A DNA stretch of 64,000 bases. It comes from Octopus bimaculoides (lineage: Eukaryota). The stretch lies in assembly GCF_001194135.2 (NCBI RefSeq), contig NC_068984.1, forward strand, positions 60,651,283 through 60,715,282, written 5' to 3'. The notes under the pieces are model-generated. The model was not told where the DNA came from. It was given only the letters and a program-made list of their open reading frames with translations, and did no database searches. The translations under genes were made by a program, and so were the position numbers. Positions within the stretch are counted from its first letter, which is position 1. Each line of letters starts with the position of its first letter. Positions 49,851-62,830 of this stretch are shown piece after piece.

Positions 49851-51349
49851 TTCTTTATTATAATATGATTTTGTGAGGCACAAGTTCCCAAACTTTTCCA
49901 TTCCATTTGTTCCCTGTCAACTTTCTGAGAATTTACTCCCTACACTCAATTTTATTCAGGAATTTGAATTCAAATAACTAACAAAGAGGAAATTTAAAAT
50001 ACTGTTTTTGAACATTATTAGTTTAAGTTCTATTAACAATAAAAATAGCACATAACAATGTTATTTCAGCAGGTGCCAGAACCAAACACAATCTTCTGAA
50101 TTAGACACCTCCATTAGCAACATAATAATTAAGAAACCTACATTACTGGTCATTAAATGTAAAATATAATATGGGAAAAAAAAGTTAGTATTGGTTCATA
50201 AAAATAGGCTTGCTTAAAATTTTGTTTTTGCCTTCAGATTTTAAAAAAAGTCTAATTGAAAAAAAAAAAAAAAATTTAAATACTTGAATCAGTAAATTTA
50301 TATTCTAAGTCGGTAAAATTTAGCCCTTGGGGGTAAATTTAATCCAGTTTGAGAATCCCTACTGCTGGAAATATGGGGAAATATTTCTACCTCATTGTTT
50401 TATCTAGAATTTTCTTTAATGTCAATTCACTTTCATTGGCTTGTCCATATAATAAGAATACAGATCAGCTAACAAAAAATGAATTTGTATTTCTTTATCA
50501 TTAATTTATTTTTATTTTTTTTTGTCAAATTTATTTTTTCTTATTTCTCTTTATTTTGTTTTGCTTTCTAGTAACTTGGTTTGTGTTTAAAACTTGAGTG
50601 AGATTTAGAATGTTTGTTGTTAGATTTTATTCATAGATTATCAAATGTTTCGGTTTGAGAAATGAAATTTCAATTAATTGAGATAGTGGTCATTCTGTCA
50701 CAAAGTCGAACTTAAGATGTAGAGTGGTGAAAATTGATAAAGCTAATTGGATCAGTAACAACAACAACAATACTAACAACAGACTTTGAACAACACACAC
50801 AGATACACACACACACACACTCTCTCTCTCTCTCTCTCACATACACATACACACAAAGTCTCTCGTACATATTCTCTCTCTTTTTGACACACACAAAAGC
50901 AAACACATATACACAGACACATCTGAAGTAATAGCAACATAAACAAATAAAACATTTTTCCCCCTTGAGTAATTTAATTTACATAAAAACCAAATAAATG
51001 ATTATCAGTTTTAATGAGATGATTTTATAATATGTAATTTGTCTGCTTCATCTTTTTCCTCCCTTTCCTCCCCACCCCCAAGCAGGACAGACATAATATC
51101 AGTGGAATTTCGACCATGACCAATCTGACTACATTATTTAATTTGTGTTTGCCTTCTTTTCTTATGATGGTAGGTTGTGATTTAGCAGATATTTGACTGC
51201 TGTTTTTAGCAAGTAGAGCTACCACATACAGGCTGCCTTATTGTCTTGTCCTTAATATCAGGATTAGTGTAGAGCCAAAGCTCTTTAATCAGCATGTTGA
51301 GATTTTTTTCTTTTTTTTTAATGGTTTTTGTCTGTAAGAAAGGATTCTG

Positions 51350-51715
51350 CCCATAGATTTTGCTGCCCTCTAACACAAATAACAGCATCCAAAATGTTGG
51401 TATAACATCGCTCACAGACATGCTCCTGCCTCTGGCCCACAAGCCTGCTGTTTCTCCTCTCCTGCTTTCTCTACCATTTCTGTAATGGCCCTTGCCCCTT
51501 AGAGTTAGGTGGACTCATAGCAACTCCACTCTTACACTCATTTCTCACTTGTCTCTCCACCTTTCATCACTCTTTGTTTTGTTAAATCCTGTCCCAAGCT
51601 TGCACACTCCCTATGCCCAGTCCTTCCTTCTTAGAATGTTACACCACTGGAATTTCTTCCCTGTTCATGTCTTTTTCACAGGTGTTGCCTTACACAAATT
51701 CAAGAGGAACATTAA
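51350..51715 (+). mobile_element. CR1/Jockey-superclade LINE 3' ORF remnant
   Basis: LLPLAHKPAVS / FYHFCNGPCPLEL / YAQSFLLRMLHHWNFFPVHVFFTGVALHKFKRNIN resembles the LQPLAHRR...YRYYNG.CS.EL...SFFPRT...WN.LP...FK..VN C-terminus. Confidence 0.7.
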
Positions 51716-51835
51716 CCCTTTAACAGTTAAATCGGTCATATCTAGCCCAAATATTCTACCTGATTTATGTTCAAACTGATCAGATCCAGCCTCTCACACC
51801 TATCTTACAATGTCAATCTAAATATAAACAATTAG
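51714..51835 (-). mobile_element. MITE-E fragment
   Basis: Starts TTAACCCTTTAAC. Internal part is the reverse complement of 60600-60720. Another fragment lies at ~52640-52790. Confidence 0.65.
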
Positions 51836-51959
51836 ATCTTTTTTTTAAGTAGTTAGAATGTCTGTTGATGCAGTTGTTTGGGTCCACATCATCTCATGTT
51901 GACTAGATAAATGGTTGAAGACATTCTAGCCATTACTATCCACTTTGTTACCATATCTA

Positions 51960-52335
51960 TTTCCTTGTTTCAGTCATTGGACTGTGGCCATGCTTGGGTA
52001 CTGACTTGAAGTTGAACAAACCCACTCCAGAAATAATTTTTTCATAAAGTCTGGTACTTAAACTAGCCGTCTCTTTTACTACAGGGATGTGAACAAACCA
52101 GCACTGGTTACCAAGCAGTGGTGGAGCAAACATACACATGCGCACACACATATGCATACATGTACACAACACTCACACACACATACACACATATGACAGG
52201 GCTTCCAAACAGCTTCTGTCTACCAGATACACTCATAAGGCTTTGGTTGGCCCAGAGCTATACTACAAGCTGCTGTATAGTGGTACTGAACCCAAAACCA
52301 TATGGTTGTTGCCAAACAAGCTTCTTAGCAACACA
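51960..52335 (-). mobile_element. SINE-A copy (diverged)
   Basis: Modules recognisable. Confidence 0.75.
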
Positions 52336-53010
52336 GAACTACTTAATATTATGTAATAGTGGGACCCATAGAAATTCCTAAGAAATTCCTCATTTCACTA
52401 ATTTTTAAAATTCTATTTGATGCGTAAATTTCCAGATCTACATAAGTGTGTCTCATTATGTCAAACATTTTTATGATGATGAACATGATATTGGAATGAT
52501 GTTGCTGGATAATCAGTTCCAAGATGGTAAAATCGTTAGTAGACTGTGAATAAACTACTGATAATAATACATTGATATAAAAGAGAATAGAATAAAGCAA
52601 TCAAATTGTAGGCAGAAAACTTTTAGCTATGGGCTAATACAGCCACCTTTACTCTTTTGCATTTAAATGGATCATATAAGGCCTAGATATTCTACTGTTT
52701 TATGGTCAAACCAGCTAGATCTGGCTTCCCATGCCAACCCTATAATCTCATTCCAAAAATTAAACTTAAACAATCACATCTTTTATCACAAGAGCATGAT
52801 GTTGTCCTTGGGCCCATCAGATCCTGTCGAACCATTCAACCCATGCTGGCATGGAACATGCTTGTAAATGATGATGATAACGATGATATACATACCATTA
52901 TGCATGAAGACACACACATGCGCACACTTATACAGAAATGCACACACTTATACAGAAATGCACACACACTCATACTTGCTTATATACTCACAACACAAAC
53001 ACATGCTCAT

Positions 53011-53047
<37 letters not shown>

Positions 53048-53285
53048 GTGTAGTGAGAATTAAATCTCCCACACAAAAAAGAACTCGTGCTAATTTTTAA
53101 ACTAAGCATGCTTGTATCGTGGCTGTGAAGTAATTTTCCAGAGTTGATCAAAGCCATGTGAGTGAATTTGGGTTGATAGAAACAGTGGCAAATCCCAGAA
53201 GTTGGACCTATATCTATGATTCAAAGGGCCAGCTGTGTCACGTGTTGTCACAAAGGTTCTTCCTGAGAATTATGTTAAGGGTACA

Positions 53286-53326
<41 letters not shown>

Positions 53327-53441
53327 AATATTTAGCCTCTTCAATGCAAATTCAACGAGTAGGTCATTGAACTGTTGTTACACTCATTACCAAAACCAAC
53401 AGAAATCAATTTGTGTGCATACGTACTAAACACAAATACAT

Positions 53442-53482
<41 letters not shown>

Positions 53483-53769
53483 CACATATACATATATATA
53501 TGTACGTTTATGCATGCACATGTATATGTGGGTGAGTTTATATGTAGTTATATGTATTTAGAAACATGTGTATGTGTGTATATGTCATGTGTGCCTACCT
53601 GTGTATGTATATGTGTGTGTGTGTGTGAATGCTTATATATTCATTCTTGTTAATACACTGAAACTATAAATGAAGCTCAGAAAATTGAATTCAGACTAAC
53701 TTTGTTGTCCTTGTTCTTGTTTTTGCTGTTGCTGTTGTTATTGTTCTCCTCTTCCTCCATTTCTTCCCC

Positions 53770-53770
53770 C

Positions 53771-53801
<31 letters not shown>

Positions 53802-53862
53802 CTTCTTCTTCTTCTTCTTCGTCTTCTTCTTCTTCTTCTTCTTCTTCTTCTTCTTCTTCTTC
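53770..53862. repeat. (CTT)n microsatellite
   Basis: Direct reading. It explains the poly-K and poly-S ORFs. Confidence 0.97.
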
Positions 53863-55469
53863 CCTGTGTATCCCACTCTCTGGCCTGTTATAAATTCATG
53901 AGCTCTGAATGTGTAATTTAAATCTTAAACTAACCCCCAAACTCCTTACCCAAACCCTAACTCTAACCCTATCCCTACCCATAGCCCCCTCGAACTTCAG
54001 CTTAATTCTAATCAATATTTATTTCCCATAAACTTTCTTCCATTTCATTTCATTGACGTATTTTCTCTTTGCCTCATTCTTTGATTTACATAATATAGTT
54101 TATTTTCTACGAGTGCTGGGTTGTTGTTTTTCATTTTCTTTCATTTACCTATTATTTTTTATTTTGGTTTCCTTTTTCTTCTGTACTTTGCTTTGTCTCA
54201 CAATATGCTTCCTTTCCTCTACATCTTTTCTTTTATAGTTGAATTAACTTCTGACTTAATTATCCTCTGTCTTACAGCTCTTCATACTTATTCAGTCTCC
54301 AAAATATATAATAAAATAAAAGAAGAAAAATAGAAAATGGATTCATTTTATTGTTCTATTTTGTTGGTTTAATTCTCACTTTTTTTTTTCTCACTAGTTG
54401 TGTATGGGGTGAAGGATAAGAATAGGTGCAAAAATGTTAATATACTAATCAAAATTCAAAAGTATTTGATTGGTTGAACACCAGAATCGGTCTATCAATT
54501 AAAGTGCAATGTAAATGCTAATGTATCTTTTGGAACATGAAAGAAGCTCCTTAAGGGGTGAATTCTTAGCTTTCCATTTGTAGTGGTTTGGCTAAAAGTC
54601 TGTTACAAGTATCCTTGCTAGATTCCCTCTAATCCAATGCCTGTTCTAGATGCATAGGTAATCTATGGCAATGTGTTGAGTCTCATGCCAATAAAAGCAA
54701 TTGTCAGACTAAAGGATAATGACTGAAGAATTTTATTTAGATAAAATTTAATTTATCTAAATAGCATTTGGCTTATGAGGGTGGTGTGTTGTAAGTATTT
54801 GGGTTCACTGAATGACATATTTAGAAAGATTACAAGCAAAGCAAATAGATGTTATTCAAATAACACTTCTTCAAAATTTGTTGTTTATGTTTTTTTTTAC
54901 AAGATTCCTGTTGTGGAATTGTGTGTTGAAATAGATATTGTTATATTTGGAGTCAGCCATTTTTTTTTTTTTGTCAAATAACCACATGCATTATATACTC
55001 GTTCTTCACTTTAGCTTTATTATTATTCTTATTTTAGTGTCCTTTGTCTGAAATCTTTTGTCATACATCCTGTGACCCCCTTCAGTGACTCTTCATCCAC
55101 ATGTCCCCCCCGCTGTTCTATTTAGTCCAAACTTGTTCAAAAGTATTTGATATAGAAAAGTAATTTGTTGCACAAGACCTTAAACTAAATAATTGGTTAT
55201 ATATAATTCTATATTTTTGAGATGAGGTATTATATTATGTACAATGTGTCCACATTTTGTTTGTTGCTTTTGCTATGTCTCAGCTGTTGTACTCTCCAGA
55301 TATGTGGTTCACCTTAGTGCCTTGCCTGAGATTGAACTTGGAACCTCTAGGTGGCTGCACTGCGTTAACCAACACCTTTATCCACTATACTATGCCTGTA
55401 GGTATTGATATCTTATGTCAGCTCCATACTGATTGGATAATACAATTATCTTTTCTTTTACCTATTTCT

Positions 55470-55647
55470 GTCATTAGACTGCCGCCATGCTGGGGCATCA
55501 CCTTGAAGAATTTTACTTGAATTTATCAACTCCTAGAATTTATTATTTTTTGTAAAGCTTGGTAGTTATTCTATCGATCTCTTTGCTGAACCACTAAGCT
55601 ATAAGGACATAAACACACCAACACTGGTTGTCAATCAGTGGTAGAGA

Positions 55648-55738
<91 letters not shown>

Positions 55739-55915
55739 ATACATGTGTATATGATGGACTTCTTTCAGTTTTTGTCTACCATATCCATTCACAAGGCTTT
55801 GGTTGGCCTGAAGCTATAGTAGAAGACACTTGCCCAAGGTGCCACATAGTGGGACTGAACCTGGAACCATGTAGTTGGGAAGCAAACTTCTTACCACACA
55901 GCCATGCCTGTGCCT
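55470..55915 (-). mobile_element. SINE-A full-length copy with long (CA)n
   Basis: All modules present. Confidence 0.88.
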
Positions 55916-56930
55916 ATATTCTATATTTCTGAGATGAGGAATTTATATTATGTACAAGTAAAATGTTTACATGAGTCAGAACTAGTGTTCTAATCATGAG
56001 GACACCAATTCCAACTGATGTGAACATTGTACATAAATAATTGGTCATTCCTATAAAACACACCTATAATCAAATGCACTCCAACCATGACTACTTCTTC
56101 TTTTGCATTTTTATTCTTTCATACACAAAGGATTGCCTTATTCAATGTATTTTTTATTTTATACTAGCTTAAAATAAGCTCTTGCAGAGGACTACTTGAG
56201 TCTGCAACCCAAAACTAAAGGTAGCAATAAAAATAAAGCATTTATTGGTTCCCTACCAATATGATATTACCCCACCAATATTGTATTACTTTAAATTCTG
56301 TTTAAATAAAAAACTTGTAAGTTCACAAATTTTTCGAGTTCTTTTAAAATTTGAACTTTCAACTGTTAGCACATAACAAATCCTCATCCAGACCAGATTC
56401 CAATGCTGGATGTTCAAGAACCAAATGAAAGGCAGATTTTCAATCCCATGATCATCCTGATTCCCAAAAGCTATATAATATGTCTATGTAGAGCAAATGT
56501 AGAATGAGATACAGGGATTCCAAACAGACAAACAGAATTTCGTGTCTATTAATATAGAAGATGGTAACAGTAGTAGTGGTGGGATTGTAATTTGCCAAAG
56601 ATTTGGCTACTGTGTTTAGCGTTTAGCCGGTCAGGTAATCACTTACAGACTACCTGACTGTTCCATGGCATCTCCAGGTAATTTTAGGTGTCATCTTGAT
56701 TAAAAAGCTCACTGAAGTAAACAGATTCTATATTGAAATCTACCAGTTATATAATAAACTTAGTTAATGAAGGTCTGTTGAGTGGTTCTGTCTAAAGATA
56801 GTCTCGCACTGAAATGATTGGGAACTATTCTTGTTTCGCCTGATTGGTATGTTTTGAAATGACTAAAAGGAATTAATTAATGAAGAATCATGACATGAAT
56901 TTATTGAGTTTGAGTGTGTATGTATGTATA

Positions 56931-56968
<38 letters not shown>

Positions 56969-57054
56969 TATTTGTATAAATGTATGAGTATATGTATCTA
57001 TTTACATATATGTTTAAATGTATGTGTATATGTATATGTTTATATATACACTCA

Positions 57055-57112
<58 letters not shown>

Positions 57113-57599
57113 CACACACATATATGTTTTAAACATTTGTATAAATGTATGTGTGTGTGTATGTTTACACACACATGTATGTATTCCTATATGTTTATAT
57201 ATATATATGCGTGTGTATGTATATATATATATTCACATACACACACACATGTGTATATATATATATATATGTATGTATGTGTATGTATGTGTGTCCTATG
57301 AGTAAATGGACACACTAATTAACTGACATGCTAGCAGATAAAAATGTATATGGAAAAGTATTTTCCTCTTTGCACACATCTTTTAACTCTTTCACTGCTT
57401 TCATTATAAGACTGTGGCCATACTGGGGCACTACCTATAAATGTTTTAATCAATTATATCGACCCTCTCCCCAGTACTTTGTCCAGTATATATATTTTCA
57501 TTTTTCTCCTGTGGCTGAACAAGAAAATCAATCTGGACATCATCATCATCATCATCATCCTCCTCCTCCTCCTCCTCATCATCATCATCGTCTTCATCA

Positions 57600-57810
57600 T
57601 CATCATCATTTAATGTCCATCTTCCTTGCTGTCATAGGTTGGACAGTTTGATAGGAACTGGCAAGCCAGTGAGCTGTACCATTGTCTGTTTTGATAAGGC
57701 TTTTACAGCTGGATGCCCTCCTTTACACAAACCAGTTTGCAGGATGTACTGAGTGCTTTTTATGTAGCACCAGCAGCAGTGCTCTTTTATGTGGCAGTAG
57801 CACCAGTAAT
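57600..57810 (-). mobile_element. RTE-tail element following a long (CAT)/(CCT) tract
   Basis: (CAT)n-TTAATGTCC...GGTTGGACAGTTTGATAGG...ACAGCTGGATGCCC. Confidence 0.7.
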
Positions 57811-58224
57811 TTGCAAGATCCCTTGACTGCAAGAGGGAGTGGTCCTGAGACAGGTGGCTTTGAGTCAGCGAAGAGTTTAAAATGTAATAGAAGGTTTAAC
57901 TTTTGGTTATGCAACATATCCTTAAAGGGACATATTACAGATTCGGGAACCAGAAAATGTGGTTGTCTACATTTCATTCATTTTGCTCATTTTCATCTGT
58001 TTTTTCCATGTTAGCATGGATTAGATGAACATGTTACATCATCACAACCACATGTTTCCAGGTTTGATCTCACTATATAGTACCCTGGCTGACTAAGTGT
58101 CTTGAAACCTCAAGGGAGGGAAATTTGGTATTGTAAATGGTACAGAATCTCATATATGTATGTGTATGTGTGTGTACGTACACACACACACACACATACA
58201 CGTTCTGTTATTCTTTCACCCTGT

Positions 58225-58472
58225 TACACATTTCAGTCATTTGATTGCAGCCATGCTGGAGCACTGCCTTAAAGGGTTTTCGTCGAAGAAGTCAGCCCCA
58301 GTACTTATTCTTTGTAAGCCTAGTACTTATTCTATTGGTCTCTTTTGTTGAACCACTAAGTTAAACACACCAGCATTGGTTGTCAAGTGATGGTGGTGGG
58401 AAAAACAGAGACAAACACACACACACAAGTATATACATACATATATATACACACATATATACACACAAGTAT

Positions 58473-58525
<53 letters not shown>

Positions 58526-58685
58526 TAGATAGATATATATATATATATATATGATGGGCTTCTTTCAGTTTCTGTCTGCCAAATCTATTTTCAAGGCTTT
58601 GGTTGGCCCGAGGCTATAGTAGACGACACTTGCCCAAGGTGCCATGCAGTGGGACCAAACCCATAACCATGTGATTGGGAAGCAT
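58225..58685 (-). mobile_element. SINE-A full-length copy
   Basis: All modules present. Confidence 0.88.
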
Positions 58686-58987
58686 ATAATAAATGCACAA
58701 CAAACAGAAAACAGACACAGAAGGTTATCATCTCTTCATCAGTTATCGGGCAGAGGGCCAAATGTTATTTTGCACCGTATGATAATATTGATCCACTTCT
58801 GGTGACGCCAGCAACAAGAAGCTGCCTGGAAATGAGACTAAAATATAACAGAATGAGAATGAACAAAAAGGAAATGAATAAACATGCAATACAGAAATGG
58901 ACATATGTACATGAATAAATGTGATTCAAGATGAGACCAGTAGTGGATGGACAAAGGACAAAGATGAAATAGATAAACAAAATATAG

Positions 58988-59086
<99 letters not shown>

Positions 59087-59238
59087 ATTATTTTTGTGTT
59101 TGCAAGATTCTTGATGTGAACTCATGTATTGAAACAAATTTTGTTGTATCTTGGGGGAGTCATTATGCCAATAGTTTGTGCATGTGTTTCTTAATATTGG
59201 CATAATGACTCTCCCAAAATACAACACTATATATATAT

Positions 59239-59390
59239 CATCATCATCATCATCATCGTTTAACGTCCGCTTTCCATGCTAGCATGGGTTGGACGATTTG
59301 ACTGAGGACTGGTGAAACCGGATGGCAACACCAGGCTCCAATCTAATTTGGCAGAGTTTCTACAGTTGGATGCCCTTCCTAACGCCAACC
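59239..59390 (-). mobile_element. RTE-tail element, little diverged
   Basis: Near-identical in reverse complement to 61430-61590. The tail abuts (TA)n. Confidence 0.88.
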
Positions 59391-59415
59391 ATACACACAC
59401 ACACACACACATATA

Positions 59416-59615
59416 CATGGTGAACCAAAAGTCATGCACCAAGTTTAAAACTCATTTAATATATATTGCATAAATACATTTTTTCTTAAACTGAATAAAA
59501 AAAAAATAAAATGATGAATGCACATGCTCTTGATGAACAAAATAAATAACGATAATAATTATGTAATATAAGTAAAATGTCAAATGTTTTGTTGCATGAC
59601 CTTTGGGCTACCCTG
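59416..59615. mobile_element. Tc1/mariner-type MITE
   Basis: TA|CATGGTGAACCAAAAGTCATGCAC at the left end and TTGCATGACCTTTGGGCTACCCTG|TA at the right end form imperfect ~25-bp TIRs with TA flanks. Confidence 0.7.
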
Positions 59616-59668
<53 letters not shown>

Positions 59669-60456
59669 AACATGACTACATACACGTGGGTGTGTGTCTA
59701 ATTACATCCTTCTCTTCACTAGATTTTTAAAACTCAGCCATTCAGTAAATAGAGATAAAATTGATAAAATAATTACAAGGTTGAAATAATTACTGGGGGT
59801 CGATATGATCAACTAAAACCCCTTGAAGTCAGTGCCCCAGTATGGTCACAGCCAACTGACTGAAACCAGTAAAAAAACCGAAAGCATAAATAAAACATAC
59901 ACATTCTACAATTCTTATTGATGTGCCAATTGTATTATACTATCCATCTTCTCTTTCAAATACTTTCCAAGCAGCAGTAACCATACCTTAGATTTACGCT
60001 TCACTGATTATAATATCGCCTTCGCACAAAGTACTTTGCAGTATCTTATGATCTTGTTATAATTTTCCAGTTATTTTTTGTTTTGTTTTGTTTTTTTTTT
60101 AACCATTTCTTCTTCGCTAGTTTTTTTTTTCCTTTTTCCCCTTTTCTCTCCCATTTTTGATCTTGAAAGAATAAATATTTTTCTCTTTTAACTTTTATCT
60201 TATCTTAAAACAGCAAAACAGCAATAGATTTGGACATGGGTGATTTTAATTGGTATTGCTCTTGGCAAAAGTTCAAATAATATCTGCAGTTCTACACTAT
60301 ATACTTGGACAAGTTACACACAAACTATTATGCAGAATAACTACAAGGAGAATGTACACAGCAGTCTTCTCCTATAAATAAAGTGTGGCCAAGATGAACA
60401 TAAATGAATGGAATGCTGTACCACTTTGTTTCATCATGTTTAGTCTTATCCCTTAA

Positions 60457-60722
60457 CCCTTTAACATTCAGATTACTCTCTCAAATGTAATACATACTCA
60501 TTCACATTGATTTGAATTAATCATACATTATCTTGTATCATTGGGATTTCAATAGTGTGATTGCTTATTCTTTTAATGACAATGTTAGGTAGATGTGGGT
60601 GTGTAACTAATTACATCCTTCTCTTCAGTAAATCTGTGAGAGACCAGATCTAGCTAGTTTGAATATTAAACAGGAAGAAAATTTTGAGCCAGATATGGTC
60701 AGTTTCAATGCTAAAGATTTAA
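60457..60722 (+). mobile_element. MITE-E (piggyBac-like), copy 1
   Basis: TTAA|CCCTTTAACATT at the left end and a decayed AATGCTAAAGATTTAA at the right end. Confidence 0.7.
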
Positions 60723-60739
60723 ATATTGATTTTAATTAA

Positions 60740-61029
60740 CCCATTACCTCCCATAATTCTATTAACTGGAATTTTTTTTATGAAACTTTGATTTCTAGCA
60801 TAAAACAGCCTTAGAAACATGCTGGAATGATCAAAATAACATTTCAAAATAACATTTAAAATAGAAATAAGCGAGATATTGGGTGAAAATTAGCAAACCT
60901 CATTTGAATATCAGAGAAATATACCTAGTAGATATAGCAAAAAGGTTAGATATGCGTAAATATTGACAGATAATTACGAAATTTGTAATTTTTAAGTGAT
61001 CTCATATGAGATCACTGGTAGGTAATGGG
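60740..61029. mobile_element. MITE-F, piggyBac-like with TTAA target-site duplication
   Basis: TTAA|CCCATTACCT at the left end and AGGTAATGGG|TTAA at the right end (TTAA at 60736-39 and 61030-33). Confidence 0.8.
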
Positions 61030-61617
61030 TTAATCATGCATTACTTTGGAGCTTTGAGATTTCAATAGTGTGATTACTTATGTTTTCAATGACATTGTTA
61101 GTTAGATGTGAGAGGCCAGATCTGGCTAGTTTGAGCATAAAACAAGGAGAAAATTTTGGGCCAGATTTTCGAGCGAGATCGTTGCCAGTGCCCCTGGACT
61201 GGCTCTTGTGTGGGTGGCATATAAAATACACCATTTTGAGCGTGGCCGTTGCCAGTACCGCCTGACTGGCCTTCGTAGGATTTTCGAGCGAGATCGTTGC
61301 CAGTGCCCCTGGACTGGCTCTTGTGCGGGTGGCACATAAAATACACCATTTTGAGCGTGGCCGTTGCCAGTACCGCCTGACTGGCCTTCATGTGGGTGAC
61401 ACGTAAAAGCACCCACTACACTCTCTGAGTGGTTGGCGTTAGGAAGGGCATCCAGCCGTAGAAACTCTGCCAAATCAGATTGGAGCCTGGTGTTGCCATC
61501 CAGTTTCACCAGTCCTCAGTCAAATCGTCCAACCCATGCTAGCATGGAAAACGGACGTTAAACGATGATGATGATGATGATGATGATGATGATATGGTCA
61601 GTTTCAATGCTAAAGGG
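61030..61617 (+). mobile_element. MITE-E copy 2, interrupted by the RTE-tail insertion 61164-61593
   Basis: Removing the insertion restores GGGCCAGAT^ATGGTCAGTTTCAATGCTAAAGGG|TTAA, matching copy 1. Confidence 0.8.
61164..61593 (+). mobile_element. Young RTE-tail element with a 115-bp internal direct duplication
   Basis: 61164-61278 repeats from 61279 with 2 substitutions. CpGs are retained. (GAT)n tail. Confidence 0.9.
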
Positions 61618-62761
61618 TTAAATATCTTAAATCAGCTGCCACTTTTCTTTGCATTCAGTAAAGGTTAGCATAAGAACTAGTAATATATATACTCTCTGGT
61701 ATTATACTCCTCTGGAACAATTAGTATGCTGTCCTTAGTCTAAAAACAAAAAGTAAGAAATATTTCTTTGGGCAGAGGCATGGCCATCTGCTAAACTCTG
61801 CCTTGTCTATTGTCATCATCATCATCATCATTGTAGTCATTGTTGTTGTTATTGTTTTAGCATCCATTTTTCCATGCTTGCATGGGTCAGACAGAATTCA
61901 TTGAAGCAAATTTTCTATGGCCAGATACCCTTCTTGTTTCTAACCCTCACTTGTTTCTGAGCATGGTAAAATTTCCCCCTGGACTGGATATGTTTCTATG
62001 GAAGAGGGAAGGAATGACACTGCGTGTATGATGGTTACACTTGTTTACAACTATCACGTGATGTCAAGATGTGAAGGCACACACACACACACACACACAC
62101 ATGCAAATAAATATATAAATATATAGACACACACACATACATATACATATGACAAGCTCCTTTCAGTTTCCTTTTACTGGATCCACCCACAAGGTTTTGG
62201 TCAGCCAAGGGCTATAGTAGAAACCACTTGCCTGTATCTAATGGATTCTTATCAACAAGTTTGATTGATAAATTATTGGTTATGTTCTAACAGTATTTTC
62301 TTGTCTATGAAAATAATCTACCTTCAAGATATCTTACATTTGTTTATACATAGAGTGTTAGTAAGGTTCAGATATATTCTGTTGTTTAGAATAACATTCT
62401 GTATTGCAGTAGAGTTGTATAACACTGAAACAAAACATTGCCTGTGCACCTGTAACGTACAAGAATTTTCTACCTCCTTGTGTTTTTTTAAAAATTTTAA
62501 ATACTCAAATACTCCAAAAGAGAATCTTTGTCTCCAAGTTGCTTGGATAACATCAGTTGATAAAAGTTTATAACTCACTATTTACGAATCTAGTCTTTCT
62601 CATTTGCAATATGAGCCCTACTTAATTTTGTTCAGATTGCTTTCAATTTTGGTGTATCTATGCAACTCTGAATTTTGATTACAATCAACAAATTACTTTA
62701 CCTTGCAAATGAAAGAATCTGATGTTATTTGGAATTAAAGTTGGGAAATTTGGGTAATTTT

Positions 62762-62830
62762 AGCCAATCAACAGACAGTGTGGCATTAGCAGCTTGTTAC
62801 CATGACAACTGCACTCTGTGTTTTAGTTCA
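62762..62830. promoter_or_regulatory. Candidate promoter: CCAAT box, RFX X-box and Inr-like motif
   Basis: AGCCAATCA at 62762-62770, GTTACCATGACAAC at 62796-62809, TTAGTT at ~62823. Unique sequence. Confidence 0.5.

Noticed and set aside
53930-53985. Telomere-like (TAACCC) variants
   Set aside because: Only 3-4 degenerate units; too short to call an interstitial telomere.
54895-54965. AAAATGGCTGAC start context (MADSKYNNIYF...) on minus
   Set aside because: Weak donor, early stop and no supporting promoter motifs; it follows a poly-A run.
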